Assembly: GCF_023055435.1 (NCBI RefSeq)
Contig: NW_025963835.1
Span: 22,134,001 to 22,198,000, forward strand
Length of the DNA stretch: 64,000 bases
DNA from: Haliotis rufescens
Lineage: Eukaryota
Reading direction: 5' to 3'
Every line of letters begins with the position of its first letter. Position 1 is the first letter of the stretch. Position numbers and translations under genes: made by a program. The notes beneath the pieces were generated by a model. It was not told where the DNA came from, ran no database searches, and saw only the letters and a list, made by a program, of their open reading frames with translations. Of this stretch, positions 25,393 through 40,073 are shown piece after piece.

Positions 25393-25770
25393 TTTAACAT
25401 CATTATCAGTGTTTCACATGAGAATATTTATAGGCATTTGCAAATGATTTAGAGATTATCCTACGGCACACGTTTCTTTTTGTGAAATATCACGGTTTCC
25501 GTGTATCACATGGATATATAAGCTCAGTAAAAATATCTCGGAACGACGCTACATAAAACTGTGTCTGACCACTATCACAATGCATGACATCATATTTAAC
25601 TATTTGCAACTATTCTTGATATGAAGTGACGTTGCTATGTGCGGCATGTAGCATAATAGGACATTTGGTGTGAGTTCCGAGTTGGTTATTCTTCATATTA
25701 CCCGAGAGACACTGCAACCCGCATGCACTCTACTTGACTCTTTTTGCTCTGTCAGTAACCAGCAGGGATT

Positions 25771-25929
25771 GAGGTTTAACGCTGCTTTGAGCAATATTTC
25801 AGCAATATCACGGCAGGGGACACCAGAAATGGGCTTCACACATTGTACCCTAAAGCTTGCTGTGAATCGAACCCGGGCCTGCAGCGTGATGAGCGATCGC
25901 TTTAACTACGAGGCTACCCCATCGCCCCA
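25771..25929 (-). mobile_element. tRNA-derived SINE, family 1 (diverged)
   Basis: Matches the consensus with substitutions. Confidence 0.75.
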
Positions 25930-26829
25930 CTACTGGGGAGATGTAGATTCTGTATACTTACCACGATGTCACCGTGACATGTGGAATTTGGCATATATGT
26001 ATCTATGTCATTCGACTATGTGTTTCACAGTAGTCATTTTGTTCTTAAGCGTGTCCTTTGTCACAATCATCGACCGGAGCAGAAAATCCAGTATTGCCTA
26101 CATCACCTAGTGTAGTTCAGTACACAAGTTCCCTGTGTGTAAGAACACGTAATCAGAAAAGAACGTCCACACATATGTTGTTTACATATTCGTATTTTGT
26201 CGTTATGTTGATGGGCGATAATAGGGCCCAATTATCATTATTCTAAGCAAACATAACCCTGATCATGAAAAGGGTAATTTTAACGAAATGCTGAGAATAT
26301 AATACGTACGGCCAAAGTACAGAACTGAATTAAACACAAATACACACCTTCATAAACGGATTAACTATAAGTCTTGATGTCAGTAAACTTGCCATTGTCA
26401 ATTCCTCTTGATTTCTTCCATGACGCCTTGACAGTTGAGAACAGTTCTTCACTGTGGACTTTACAGGTTGGAATGCCGCATGCGACAAACGCTGTTCGTC
26501 AAACTGTGCTCTAGGTAAATGATATGGAGAAAAAGAAGTTCCATCATTGAAAGATATGGATAGATATGATAGATTCAGATTAATAGGTTTGAACGTGTTC
26601 CTCGAACTCAGTATGATATTCAACATTACCAATGACATTGGGCTAAGGTAGATATACAAAACCTAAAGTTCAATTATTGCAAATCGCAAATATATGTCCT
26701 CTTCTTGAACACCAATTTCGATTAACTACACCAATTAACTTAAAAAATGCAAACAAAGATTGATCAACCAAGACAGATATGACATATTCAGATTATACAG
26801 TTTTTGATTTAACTCACTGTGATATTTAG

Positions 26830-27430
26830 AGGTTATAATATGGCAGTTTTCATATCAAACCCCAACCCTCATATCAGCTCGAGGGCCGAAGGCCAGATGG
26901 GGGGTCGAGGAGTGATATGGCCTTTTTATCATATACCATGGCATAACATTGTAAAATGTATCTGTTTGCCAGTGAATGCAATACATTATATTACTGTCAA
27001 CAAACGAGCAGGCGACGCACTAAGGGACATAAGTCGGGCTGATTTCGATCGTTATATCAGCACGGCCGGGTTATTACACCCCTGTATGCCAATATGGAGA
27101 TGGTCATATCACAGGGGGGTATCACAATAACCAGACCCGTGTTACACCCCTGGAGGGCTGTTATGCCTTGTCAGTGCACTTAGAATGAGCTATTGATATC
27201 AACCCGATTGGAGTTGGTGCGTCGTCTGCTCGGCTAATATTCCCATGACAGCGTCTTCTCAACAAGGTGAAAATGTTATGGATCTTTATGAATGGACACA
27301 TTATTTTATGGTATATGATAAAAAGGTTATTGTATCATATATATCGACCACCATTCATTTGGCCCTTGGGATGGCATGGGGGTCTCGGTTTGATATGAGG
27401 TGTTACATGAAAAATGCCATGTAAAAACTC
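26830..27430. mobile_element. MITE-like element with nested inverted repeats, upstream of B (its right end also at 1-100)
   Basis: CCTTTTTATCATATACCAT / ATGGTATATGATAAAAAGG perfect 19-bp inverted repeat; outer TCATATCAAACC / GGTTTGATATGA; not seen in the homologous region upstream of C. Confidence 0.6.
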
Positions 27431-27559
27431 GACTTTCCACTGACACTGGTAATATGAATTCATTTATCAATTTGCTGCAGCTGCGCGCATATTCGTCTAC
27501 AAGAGTTTTTGTTTTGTCTGTGCATATACGTGCCTGGTTGTATCCACGCCACACCACAA

Positions 27560-27763
27560 GGTGTGATCGAAGTACACTGTTTACAACTGACCTATTTACC
27601 ATTGTATGAGACTGCACACACCATACGAGGTAGTCATGTCTTTCAAGTTGTTATAATAACCAAAGTAGCAACTGCGCGTGTGCAGAAAGGCTTAGGTGGA
27701 GTGGTGTCTGTGTACGTGTATGTAGACGCCTTCTGTACACCTCTCTCTGTCATTTCTCTTAAG
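27560..27763 (+). promoter_or_regulatory. Putative promoter / non-coding first exon of copy B (donor at 27763)
   Basis: Homologous to 230-424 and 50545-50741. Confidence 0.55.
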
Positions 27764-29690
27764 GTAAGAAAGTTAATCAGTCTGTTGATTATGACGTGTT
27801 GCTGTGTCAGGATCACAGAACGTATGTAATGCAGCAGCGTTTCTGTTGGAGTAGTGATTATATAAAGTTGATGTGAATGTCGAGTTACTTCCTGCTTGTT
27901 ATCAACATCTGCATGATATAGATCGCGTCAACATTTGTCACTCAATGGCAGACGCAAGAAGCCTGCAATGTCGCTGTACCCATTTCCATACAGAATACAA
28001 AATTAAGGTTACATATGTTTCACAATGTCACTTAATGAGTGTTGTTAGTGCTGCCTGTCCATGTTGATGGCAACTGTCACCGGGTCGTAAAACCAGTCTG
28101 GTCACGTTCTAGAGATTTACTGCATTGTCACCGTTCGACAAACAGCTTCCCTTTCTCTTATATGCCCGGTGTCGCCACCCTTTAATATTGACAGTAGCGG
28201 GTGACTTCGCCAAGGTGAACACTACCAAGCTGGCTGTCGTTTCAGGACGAACGTCAGCATGTCACGTGATTACGTTGTCAATCGCGCGGAGACATACAGA
28301 ACTACTTTAGGGGAATTCCTCAATGTAAACAAATAACATTAAAAAGATAATTAGGGAAAACTGAGTGCGACATCGATTGAATGATCATGGAATTTGTTTC
28401 ATCTTCATCAGCTGATCAACGTCAACAAATACAACTTCAATCTTTAAGTAAAGTCCGGCGGATGTCATACTCCGGTGTCTTTACGTTCATTGTCAGGGAA
28501 TCAGTGACCTGTAAATTTTTATTTCTAGTGGTTTAAATTGCATACTTCTATCATCCGCCGGGGTTTGCCGAGAGATGACGACGCAACGGGCAATTAAGAG
28601 AGAGGTGATGTTACGTTCACTAGACCGTGACTAGACTGGTTTTAAGACCCGTTGACATCAACACACGGATATAACAAATCTTTCTGACATTTTGATAAAC
28701 CACATGATGGGAACATTCAATGAAGCTTCTTTTTCAAATTTAAGCATTTGTGTAAGACCTGCCCACATGGTTAAGTACACACTATTTCACTATACGACAT
28801 GCTGTATGTTAGTAGTGTACTGCCCTACCTTTCTATGGCATGGAGTATTTCTTTTACGAAAGTAGCTTCTGTGCATGAACATTCATTGAGTACACTCAAA
28901 CTCATATATGTACGAGTTCATGCCGCCGAACAGTATTCCATTTATATCACGTCGTGTTTGCTTAATGTGGGAGGAAACCCACGAGCAAGGGTATGGTGCT
29001 GGCATTCCTAAAAACATAATCCGGGCGAAGCGGGATTCGCAAAAACGATCATAGGTTTCTGTCATGTATAAGGGACACAACTGTGTACAGTGAAAACCGT
29101 TGCCTTAGACGACTGGGCCACCCGTGTCCTCCATACATGTACTTGTGGTTCGACCTTTGCTATTGGTATTCCCGAGGTGATATGGGACACAGGCTGCTCA
29201 GCTCTCCACATTGCTGAAACCAGGATCGGCGGTTTGAATCCAATATGTGCTCCTGTTATAATTCTAAGTTTGTCAGCATCCCTTTCATGCACGTGAGTTT
29301 CTCTATTGGGTACGTTACTTCGAACGTTCCTCCCAAATTAAGCTGACATGTCGGTAAATACTTGCACTACTGTGAGCAGAGTAAGCCCAACATCACTCTC
29401 TCACATGGGTTAAACTAATACATCGCTTTACACATAGCACAAGTGATATACCCGAAAGAGAAACATGTATATGAGGAGTGGAATCCTGAATCCTAGTCTG
29501 TAACATTCGTGTGAAGGGATGAGATGCGTATGTGTAGGTGGGAGTCTATGCTTCGGGAAATTGATCACATGTATAACCACGGTCTCACGACACTTTCAAA
29601 TTCATAATATATGTTTAAATCCATCACAATGAAAGAAATTGATTCCATTTAATTCAACATGGTCGTAATGATTGTCTTTTGCCAGACATC

Positions 29691-30864
29691 ATGTCGGATC
29701 TTGTCTCAGTTGCTGCGATCAAGGATCTTCTGACAGAGTGCCCAATATGTACAGAACACTTTGATGACGCAAAACGAATTCCCCGTCGTATGCCATGTTG
29801 TGTACAGTCCATATGTCAGCCCTGTCTAGAAACCTGCAGTGGAGGTGCTGCAACCCTATCCTGCCCCATGTGTCGACAGCGACATAATCTGCCTGGTGGG
29901 GTGAAATCTCTGCCCAAAGAGACTGTCATCCTGAAGACTCTGGACTACCTCAAGATCCAGAAAGGTCTCCATCTGCCATGTACAGATTGCCCTGACAAGG
30001 AAACAGCTGTAGCCCAGTGTGACAACTGTGGAACATTTTTATGTTCCATTTGCTTAAGTGCCCATAAACGGAATACGGTATCAAAGACCCACACTATAAA
30101 TACCTTTGATGAAATGAAGGGCCGACCTGTGCAGAGTTTTCGTCGTCTACATCAGTGCAGTCAGCACCAACAACCTCTACAGTTCTACTGCTACACTTGT
30201 GACAAGGTCGTATGTGTGTCCTGCACTGTAGTAGATCACAAAGAAGGGAAGGGGCACAACGTCGTGTCTGTGGATGAAGCACACCAAGGAAAGGCGAAGT
30301 CCACAAATGATGTTTTAGGAAAGATAGAAGAGAAGACAAAGAGACTGAGCGAAACGGAGTCAGCCCTTCAAAAGAAGATAGAGAACATCAAATTGTCAAT
30401 GAAGGTAGCACGAGATGATATCAACAAAATCTTTGACAATCTGATCGATGGGCTGAATCAAAGAAGAACAATCCTTCTATCAGATGTTGAGGGGAAATCT
30501 GCTAAGAATCTGAAGCTAACAGAGGAGGCCTTGGATTCGACAAGACTACTGCTGAGTAAAGTGAAGTCTTCTTCCGAATACATGCGACAGATGCGCAGCA
30601 AAGCTGACAAGGTGGAAGATCTACAAGTAATGGGGTCTTCTGAGGCCTCTTTGAACTCCATGTTGAAGGAGTCACCACAGGAAATACCCTTTGACAGGAC
30701 CGGAGTAATTTTTGTTCAAGCAAACGTAAAACATCTTCAGGATACTATCAAGGTGGCAGGAATGGTCAGATCAGTTACGTTCTCCCCAACAGAGAGGCCG
30801 AATGTTGTGCCAGATACTGCAGTATACAACGCCATCACACTGGAACCTGCAGAGTTTCCTACAG
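29691..30864 (+). CDS. TRIM copy B, coding exon 1 (RBCC); intact gene 29691-30864 + 39634-39675 + 40241-40872 = 615 aa
   Basis: About 94% aa identical to the A exon; ag acceptor before ATG; donor ACAG|gtaggt; 1174+42+632 = 1848 nt, open throughout. Confidence 0.92.
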
Positions 30865-30925
30865 GTAGGTAGTAAACTATTACATACTGTTCATCTATTT
30901 AACATGTGTGCAGCTACCTCCTATG

Positions 30926-32573
30926 TATGGAATCCTAGGAGGGACTTTGTCCCTTTGTCACATTGTCGCCGTTACAAAAACAAGCAAAAGGTGTCAAAAT
31001 TAACCAAAGCGCGACAATGCAAGAATACAACAATAAGACATTTTGGCTATTTGTCACATTGTCACATCATCGAATTGTTGCGCTTTGAACAATATTTCAT
31101 ATTTTACCAAAGGTCGACAATGCAACATTTTTCAATTTGAAAATATGTCACCTTGTCGCCCATCAAAACTGAGCGAAAAGGGCGTTAAAATGCGCGACAA
31201 CACTACAATGCGACATATTGATTTTGTTGCATTGTCGAGTTGTCGTCCTGTTCAATTATTGGTGCGCATGCGTTGTAAGTAAATTAATCTACGCATGCGT
31301 ACAAATGGTTATACCTCTTTTCAAACTCCAGTGGTCATTTGCTAGCTCCAATTGTTCCAAAACCAAAATAGCAATGGCAATGTGAGTAGCTTTTCTCAAA
31401 GTTAAAAGAACTTTTTCATCGTTGCTTCAGAAAGTAGTTCATATATCGTTATTGTCTGTGTCATTTTCCATAAACCTTATGTGTCTTCACAGCAAGAAAC
31501 AACGTTTCTATTTAATTTAATTCTGATCTCTGACATCTTCTTAAATCGATGCCCCTGTCGTTCACGTCTCTTACAAATGTGAGTGAGTGAATGAATTAGT
31601 ATGGTTTTACGTCGCTTTTAGCAATATTCCAGCAATATCACGACGGGGGACACCAGAAATGGGCTTCATACATTGTACCCATGTCGGGAATCGAACCCGG
31701 GTCTTCAGCGTGACGAGCGAACGCTTCAACCACGAGTCTACCCGACCGCCCCCTTACAAATGTAGAATTACCAAAAAACTGTGATCGTGGAATTGAACCC
31801 CAGCACTATACACTCAGGGATTTCCTGACACACTGTGGAATAACTTGTAATTTAGTTCAAAGCGGCGTTAAACCACAGGTCACGTTAGTCACGGGGAGTC
31901 CTTGGATTGGTGATTGTGTTCGGCTGCTTGGCTCCTGGGAGTTTCTAGGTCTTCAGTCCTGCTCCACACTGAAGCACATGCAACACATGTGGTGCCTCTT
32001 TGGGCAAGTGACTTTGTTTTTACGATGAATTCACTGTGCAGAGTGATGTCCCCTAAGCGTGCCAGAACCTTATGATCGTGGGTACGAATTCCCAGTTCGT
32101 TCTGATTAAGTGTCTTCATTTTGGACCTAAATCACTTCAGGCTTTTCTCCCACATCAAGCTGACACGCAATGACTGTTGAGAGCGGCGTTAAACAATACT
32201 GCCTCACGATTTTCACAATAATGTTTCAGCAATGTCAATATTTGAATCATATGTACTTTTTCGGAGTCAATACATCGAACTTCAGATAACTGACGACCCT
32301 TAAGCTCACAGACTTAGCTCCTTCGCGGACGCACATATATGTATGCGCATTTGTAATTGTTGTAACTGAGTTCGATCTCTAAGAGCATTTCTTTATAACC
32401 ATAGATAGTGTTTTGTTAAAATCTCCAAAATAAGCAGTGACCAATAAAAGGAACTTTTTGATGAATTGTCACATTATCGCTTTATCACGCTTTGGTTAAT
32501 ATTGACACTTTTGGCATTAGTTGTAAGGGTGACAATGCGACAACGCGACAATGTCCCTTCCAGGATTCCATCA
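30926..32573. mobile_element. Non-autonomous TIR element with ~90-bp imperfect TIRs and TTGTCGC-type subterminal repeats; only the left end survives in A (~3582-3636)
   Basis: TATGGAATCCTAGGAGGGAC..TTAACCAAAGCG is mirrored at 32485-32573; possible TATG TSD. Confidence 0.65.
31581..31753 (-). mobile_element. tRNA-derived SINE, family 1
   Basis: Duplicated counterpart of 3776-3945; same TSD. Confidence 0.85.
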
Positions 32574-32949
32574 TATGGTATGTAATGTCTAAAGTGAAGG
32601 TTTTTATATTAATGAAAGTGTTTTTTATATCTTACATATTTTAATATTGCCACTATTTCCCCAGCGGTGAAAAGCCGATTCCCTTCACTGATATACCCAC
32701 TTGAAGCAGAAATAGAAGGGACGGGTTAAAACAGACTCATTTGTTTCATATTTAGATCTATGCATAAAGTTTAAGTGTGACACAAATATCTCAACAAGAC
32801 TGTATGACAACAGGGGTGATTCCAACTTTCCAAAAGTGAACTTCCCCTTTGTGACGAGCAGTATTCCAGCAGCTACGTTTCATCAGTTTTATGTTACAGT
32901 GCAGCATGTTCTTTCTCAGAAAATTTCTAAGAGCGTCAAATGACACTTG

Positions 32950-34950
32950 CTCAAAAGTTGTGATCTGTTTCTGATATTTCTGAAAGCTGTAACATAATAT
33001 TCTATATCCAATACTATCTTAACATGTGAATAATACCTTAATTTACAAGACTCATCAATTCTCATCTGGATACTATTTTTACAATCCAACAAACGCTGTC
33101 TAAACAATTAACATCACCAATATTCTGCTCGTGCGCATGCAAACGTAGCCAAATCCATAAATGTAGCGGAAATGTTTAACATGAGTTATGAGTTATGAAT
33201 TCTAACACATTCATCCAGCTCCTTCATTGTGAATAACACTGTCGGGGATATCTGTCATCATTCATTCTAATTGGTTTACACCAGCATTTAACACTCTTCG
33301 TATGATAATCCACATGCACATAATATCTGTTTTACATTTAATATCTTATTCAGACAATTTTGAAGTGCTTGGTACATATTTACCAACCCCTGAAACAAAT
33401 TTTACAAAAACTAGTATGATAAGTATCGACAGTTTGACCAGCTTTGCATCCGCAAATCTCCGCAACACAAAGAAGAAAGGGCTTTATTTAATATCACATG
33501 ATTTAAATAAAATGTTAACTGGCATATTTATAAAGTGAAACTGCAGCATTTTGATGGTAAGCAAAGCCTTATTGGCGTTTAATCTTGAGGGTATCAATGC
33601 ATTTAAACCAAGACAATCTGGTTGAAAACAGAACTTCAGTAAGTACTTAAATTAATATGCTTATCATTCAAGCACCATCGTTTATCATCCCTTAAAGTGC
33701 CACCTCTTCTGAACACCAAGCCTTCGGTATTAGACAAAGTCCCAACGTTTTATAAAAAAATAGATGAAATGTCAATCTTGCCTTGCAGACCTATTACGGT
33801 GTCATCGAATATACCCAAATCATCGTCATATAGTAAAAGTAATATTGGTCAACGAATTCCTCTCAAAAAAACATTCCTCTTTCTGTCATAGACTGTAGTT
33901 CGAGGTTAAACATCATGAAGGGACTCAACATTCAGACTTGTCGAACGCTGGTCAGTGATTCGAAATAATCTGAAAGAGAGGTTTTTGATGTCCTGACAGC
34001 ACACTGGATCTTGGAGTATAGATCCTTCAAAAACCCCAATCAACAACTGTTGATTTCATTTTCAGTAGTAAATACCACAAGAACTTCCTTTTGATCGAAT
34101 CCAACACTTTTCGGAAATCAACAAACAAACACTAAAATCTACCTCGACGTTTAGCTATATATAGAGAGATACTTTTGTGCTAAACACTGTAAAGTGAATA
34201 TATTGTCAATTGTACTCCATCTGCTCCGAAATCAATCCAGAGCTTCAGGAATCGTTTCATAAATTTCTGCAAAAGTCTTGAGCCGTTCATTTAATATTGT
34301 TGTTATCAACTTTCCAAATACATCCACCTTATCAACTTTCCAAAAACATCCACCAGCGTATTTCCTCTATAATTATTGACATGATTAATATTATCTTTCT
34401 CATGCACGGGAAGTATTATACCCTTTGCCCACTAGTAAGGGAATACGCCGTTATGCATAATCCTATGAACAACTATTTTTAAGTGTGATATGATTGAAGT
34501 GCTGCAACATTTCACAATTTCGGGAAAATTCCATCCGGTCCTGCCGATTTACCAAATTTCAAGTTATGTATTGCTGGTAATACTTCTCCTTCAGTTACAT
34601 CAGTATTAGGGGATTATTCATACCATCATCATTTCAGTAATTGCACTCTTTAATAGAATGGCTGGTGATAAAATCTTGTGCCGCGTGTAGATTGTCCCCT
34701 TCCACATGTATATCCCTTAAATTAAACCAATGCTGGAAATATTCTGTCCATTGCACATTGCTAATACCTGCAGCTGGGCTGCTTGTCACAGAAGGTGAAG
34801 AAATAATATTGTTGACACGTCTCCAAAAGGATCTATACAATCATCTATACAATCTTCCTCATGCTCAACTCGCTTCTCTCTTCTGTGATATCATCCACTG
34901 TCATTTTGGGCAAAGCAAAATTACTGTGTGTTCAGAAATTTAAATATCGG
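32950..34950 (-). mobile_element. Decayed CR1/L2-like LINE reverse-transcriptase fragment
   Basis: Minus strand ILLLLYDDDL near 33830 (YADD motif), FWRRVN..QWTEYF, and a C-terminal W...L..YGFGYV segment. A short homologous remnant at 14889-15080 in A hosts the ISL2EU insertion. Confidence 0.65.
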
Positions 34951-37900
34951 ATATTAAGTCGAAGGATTGAATTTCAAAAAATAGCACATTAGTGATCACG
35001 GGAATCTGTTTTTCACCAAAACATCAATGATAATTCTGAAACGTCGCCGAGGAATCTAGACTCGTTTTGAACGATTGGGAAAATACCCAAACACAAACGC
35101 CGAAGTGTACTTTCCGCCATATTGGATTCTGTTCACAAAAATCATGTTTCACGTATGCGGGTTATGAAACGCCTTTGAGATCACGTACATTTCAAACTCA
35201 GCTGCGATACATGCATCCCTGAATTCCTCCTACATTGTAGAATCAAATGACAAATGGTCTTTATCACCAATACAAATTATCGAGATGACATCGTTCGAAA
35301 TAAATTAGGTTTGGAAACGAACACTGTGCTCGGAAAACTGTACTTGTTGAAATGTAAACAAAGCAAAATTCAGATTTTACACCTTCCCATTTTGAGAGAT
35401 CAATTCGTCTAATTGATCAGGGAAATTCAACATCGATCGTAAACGTTTTACATAAACGTACTGTTGTCAGTGAACACGCCATTTTGTAGACGTCGGTCAC
35501 CGGCAGTGATGTCATACGATATATAAACATTGTTGTACATATTTGGTTATTTCTTTGAGGTGATTTTGTTTAACTCAGCATCATGCGGGTTCTTTGATCT
35601 TATCTAGTTTGCACTAAAATCATGGCTTTTGTAATCCACAAAAAGGCAGAAACGTTTTCAGGCTTAGGTGTAGGGTCACATTATTTATGAATAGTAAGCA
35701 GTACGTCGGATGACGTCACTCATGACTGTTTGGTTTTGTATGAATGCGCCACTGCGATCATGGAAACAGACAAAATGCATCGATTCGATGCTAATAACGT
35801 GCGACTTTAGGGTTTGTTAGAAACAGATTACTGCACTCATGCCTGTCAGATACCATTTTTCTTACAACTCGTTGTTTCAAAGCGTATCTAACGGGCGAAA
35901 GCTTTTTGAAAAAACTCGTTGTAAGATAAATTGTATCTGACAGGCAATTGTGTAGTATTCTCTTTATATCTGATGATACATTATTATCCTCGTTCGTCGC
36001 CCGGTTAGCCGTTGCACTATGGGCCGTATTTACTTCCAATGACATAACGCATGGAAAATGATCCGACACCATGTTCGTGTAGTACTGTGGTAAATTAGTA
36101 ACTTGAACATAAACGGTAATCAACCAGACTTGCTTCGTCTCCTTTAAAGGGGCACTGATATTCAACAATTTCCCGGGACTGATTGCTGCCTTTGTTGTTG
36201 TGTACCGTAAGTACCCTGGTGATATCCCAGAAATCTCGACTAGTTCGCGACCTGTGCTGCGCCAACAGTAAGCGCATTTGTCGCTTTTATTTAATATTTC
36301 ACCTGAGCATTGCTTATTCTATCGTTTGTACATGTTATAGCCAATGTGTAATATGACTAAAATTTTCACTTAGGCAATACATCAAACTTTTAAATATTCA
36401 GTTATTTTACAAATTGACTGAAAAATGTATTATAACGAATTCCAATAAAAAGCGTACTATTGGTTAATCTGTTGAACAAAACATCTTGTTTTTAAATAGG
36501 CATAGTGAACCTACCCATGTAAACACTTGTGACAAATCCACTGTGCAAGATAACAGCGATGAATCAATCAACGTATTTTCGGTTTAACCTTTGATGGATG
36601 TTGTTTTTTTGTAACTCAACTGATCATTCTTTCTTGCTGCGCTGTCACGTTCATTGTTCAGAACATGCATTTCCCCCAAGTTCAAACCTGGATTTGGATT
36701 GAATAATTACCCCAGACACAAGAAATGCCAAATTGGAAGTTTTGTCAGTGGTTCTACCACTAATTATATCTGTAATAAATTCATTAACCGAGCATCAAGT
36801 GAATGAAGAAAAATACACAGGTGTTGGGTATACCACGATAGATGGATGACAAGGGAGTGGCAATCGTATATAGACTATCCTTTATATGGTCTCCCTGGTG
36901 TTAGCCATGTCATCCGAAATCTAAAACTGCTTTCATTGCAGGGATTCATTTTGATTAAACCATAACCATCAGGGGTATTTCCATATAATGACATCGGATG
37001 GGCTTCCGCCGTTCTTTTTGTCTGTTTTATTAGGTTGAAGAAATTAATTAGCATGTGCGCATGCCCTTTGTAATATCGAAGACTTCATAGATCACGGGTA
37101 ACCAATCAGTGTTAAGAAATGCGTATAGATATTGCCTCAAAGTTTATTTACGCTGTTATGGAAATGTTTGTTGTCACGTTTTATTTATGATTCCATGAAC
37201 CGAAAACAAATAAGGCCACGTCCACTAACCGACTTCTGTGTCCTGATTGGCTGATAAAAGAATGGGTTGGGCTGTAGTTGCGTTATAGCGCTAAACGATA
37301 AACTGATTTTGTATGTTATCTACAGTTTCTTTTGTGTTAAGGATTAGAAAGACATCATGTGAAGTCATAATTTCAACGTATTTATTAATAAGAACTACTT
37401 CATATGTAGCCTTAGGTACAAATATGCAAATATTTTAGTGTACACGTAATTGACACTTACGTTTGTGCGGATGTGTTACATTTATGAACATAAACAAAAA
37501 GACATAAAGACTGTTCCCTGAATACATACGACAAGTATCGATCAATAACAATATATAGTTATTTAACATTTCGACTAATAGACAGCTCATAATCACTCAA
37601 TGATAAACAATGCCAGTTCATGCAAGTCTTTCCTTTCTGGATGACGAATGAGTTGTATGACGCACATTTCTATAAGATCTGAAAATTAAATTAGTCATGG
37701 TGTAAAATTAACTGCAATCATTGAACTGGCTCGAGAAACCGACAGTGCTTTGTGTTGCCGAGATTTTGTTATACGTCAACTCGTAGCATATTGCGCCACA
37801 TTTTTTCGTACACAAACAAAATACTGTCTAATTTCTGAAGGACTGAAATCTATATCAAGTTGATTTGCATGTTTATATATAACGTTATGCATTCGAGTTT

Positions 37901-38873
37901 GGTGATAATTTGCTGTGGATAACGACAATGTATTTTCGCATTGTTTTGTTCACGATTAACCCATCCATTCCAACGTCACCTCAAATAATAATTAATGAGG
38001 ATATCATACTACACACATAGGAAGTCATAGCGAAATGGATGACCATATCTAACACGTGAATTAGTCCCTGGGTTCAAGCATTCACCTGATTGTGTCAGTG
38101 TCATGTGACTCATGGTGTACCATTAATAATCAAGTGCTTACAAATATGATGAAAACTGAAAATTTGACACAATTTCGTTTGACGTCATTACTTGTTTTAT
38201 GTCTTTGGAGATGCGGCATTGAGACATGCTATATTGATCAATATAATTATATATTTCATCAACGTGCGTTCACCTGCAAAAACAACCTGGATGTGTAAAA
38301 AAGAATCTGAAACTTATTCGGCAACATTGATTTATGTTTACATCATGTAAGTAATGTCTTTGAAAAACAAAGGAGTTCGTTTATTTTTTTCCGATAACAT
38401 AGACATTAATACTACATATAAAAAAGAAATCTATAAAGTCAAATCTGTTGTTAATATCGGAGGTATGTGTGTAATTAGAATGTGGTTATTCTCTTCAATT
38501 TGTCTCAGTATTTTACATATTTTAAGAATAAAATATGATTAATTTTGTTATTTAAGAATTGACGTGCAAGCTCCAACGTTCATACAGTTTGACCCTTACT
38601 CTATGGAAGCCCATCCTCGAACTCACACAAAATGTCAAATTGAATTCTTATCATGTTTTTATTTCACTATTTTATACCTCAAAGGATGTGTACACATCTT
38701 CAAATAGCACGTCATGTTTACACTGGCAACCGTAAACCAACCAACCTCACAAAGTCATAGTTACAACGGGTCGTACTGCATTGAAATAAAGAAGAAGACG
38801 TCTAAATGTAACAAGTGAGGTGTATAGGGTATTAACGTCGCTTTACAGATTATTGTACTGATATAGCTACGTG

Positions 38874-38876
<3 letters not shown>

Positions 38877-38931
<55 letters not shown>
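38877..38931. repeat. (TG)n microsatellite
   Basis: Direct read; (TA)n(TG)n counterpart at 16432-16485. Confidence 0.95.
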
Positions 38932-38933
<2 letters not shown>

Positions 38934-39345
38934 TTTACTGGTTTGGATCAATGCCGATTTCATAGTGCTAGGACACTGAGATACCATGACGGAAAGATCC
39001 CTTCGGCACTCATGTTTGCGGCTTTTTTCTTTAACGAACTTTGGTTCGTGGTGACGTTTCAGAAATATAATTTGGTGTCTTGACAAATCAGATGTTCTAT
39101 TTAATCTCAAACTGAGGTTGAAGGACAAAGACATACATGTCCCTGTGGTATTCAGGGGATAACAGTCTGTCAGACATAATCATGCCCTGTCGGCTTGACA
39201 TGGTACGAACACCAACTTGGCGCACGTTGATGGCTGGGATTCCATTACGTGTGGCAGCTGATGGACACAGTCCCGTCCAGTGAATTGCCTGTTGTACTTC
39301 CCTTTTCACATGATGATACTGTTAAAACAGGTACGTTCTGCATTA

Positions 39346-39554
39346 TTTGTTTGTTTGTTGTTTGAATCCGCACCCAGCGGTATGTCAGCTATATGACGGC
39401 GGTCTGTAAATAATCGAGTCTGGACCAGACAGTCCAGTGATTGACACCATGATCATCGATGTACGCTATTGGGATACGATGACATGAACCAACCAAGTCA
39501 GCGTGTCTGACCACCCGATCCCATTAGACCTGTTCTGACCCGGATCTTCACGGT
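39346..39554 (-). mobile_element. SINE family 2
   Basis: TSD ttctgcatta; empty site in C near 58680. Confidence 0.78.
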
Positions 39555-39633
39555 AGACCTTCTGCATTAAAGTAGTGCGAGCAGGCAGTACGTGTATATG
39601 GGACACACATACTGATTACTATCTTTGTTTCAG

Positions 39634-39675
39634 TGATGGAGATGGACCGGAGCATCTGTGACCAGGAGATAACAT
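39634..39675 (+). CDS. TRIM copy B, 42-nt microexon (VMEMDRSICDQEIT)
   Basis: tttcag|...|gtaaga; phase 1-1; conserved across paralogues. Confidence 0.82.
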
Positions 39676-39904
39676 GTAAGATCTGCGGCCTTGACTCAAT
39701 GATGTTACAGTATATTATTCATTGGTTTTGTCATTCATTTTGTCTGTTGAGTTCGATAGGTTCGACCACTTTCGAGATCTAAACGAGCGTAAAACGCAGT
39801 GTCAGTCAATGTTAAAGTATAGGAGCTATGATAGGATTTGCGTTAGCGATGTTCCATGCAAGAGGTTCTTGGGTTTTCAATGTTATGTACAAGAAATATA
39901 CAAG

Positions 39905-40073
39905 AGAGTGAGTGAATGAGTAGGGATTTACGCCACTTTTAGCAATGTTCCAGCAATATTACGGCGGGGGACACCAAAAATGGGCTTCACACATTGTACC
40001 AATGCGGGGAATCGAACTCGGGCCTTCTGCGTGACGAGCGAACGCTTTAACCACTAGGCTACCCGACCACCCC
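39905..40073 (-). mobile_element. tRNA-derived SINE, family 1
   Basis: Counterpart of 17534-17705. Confidence 0.85.

Noticed and set aside
28392-28415. Hammerhead core CTGATGA..GAAA on the minus strand
   Set aside because: Only 4 nt lie between the boxes, no stems I/III are evident, and the paralogous site in A lacks GAAA.
35000-37200. Gene or autonomous element in the B-specific CpG-richer intron segment (including ORF 35791-36168)
   Set aside because: No recognisable domain, termini or splice structure; probably TE debris that I cannot classify.
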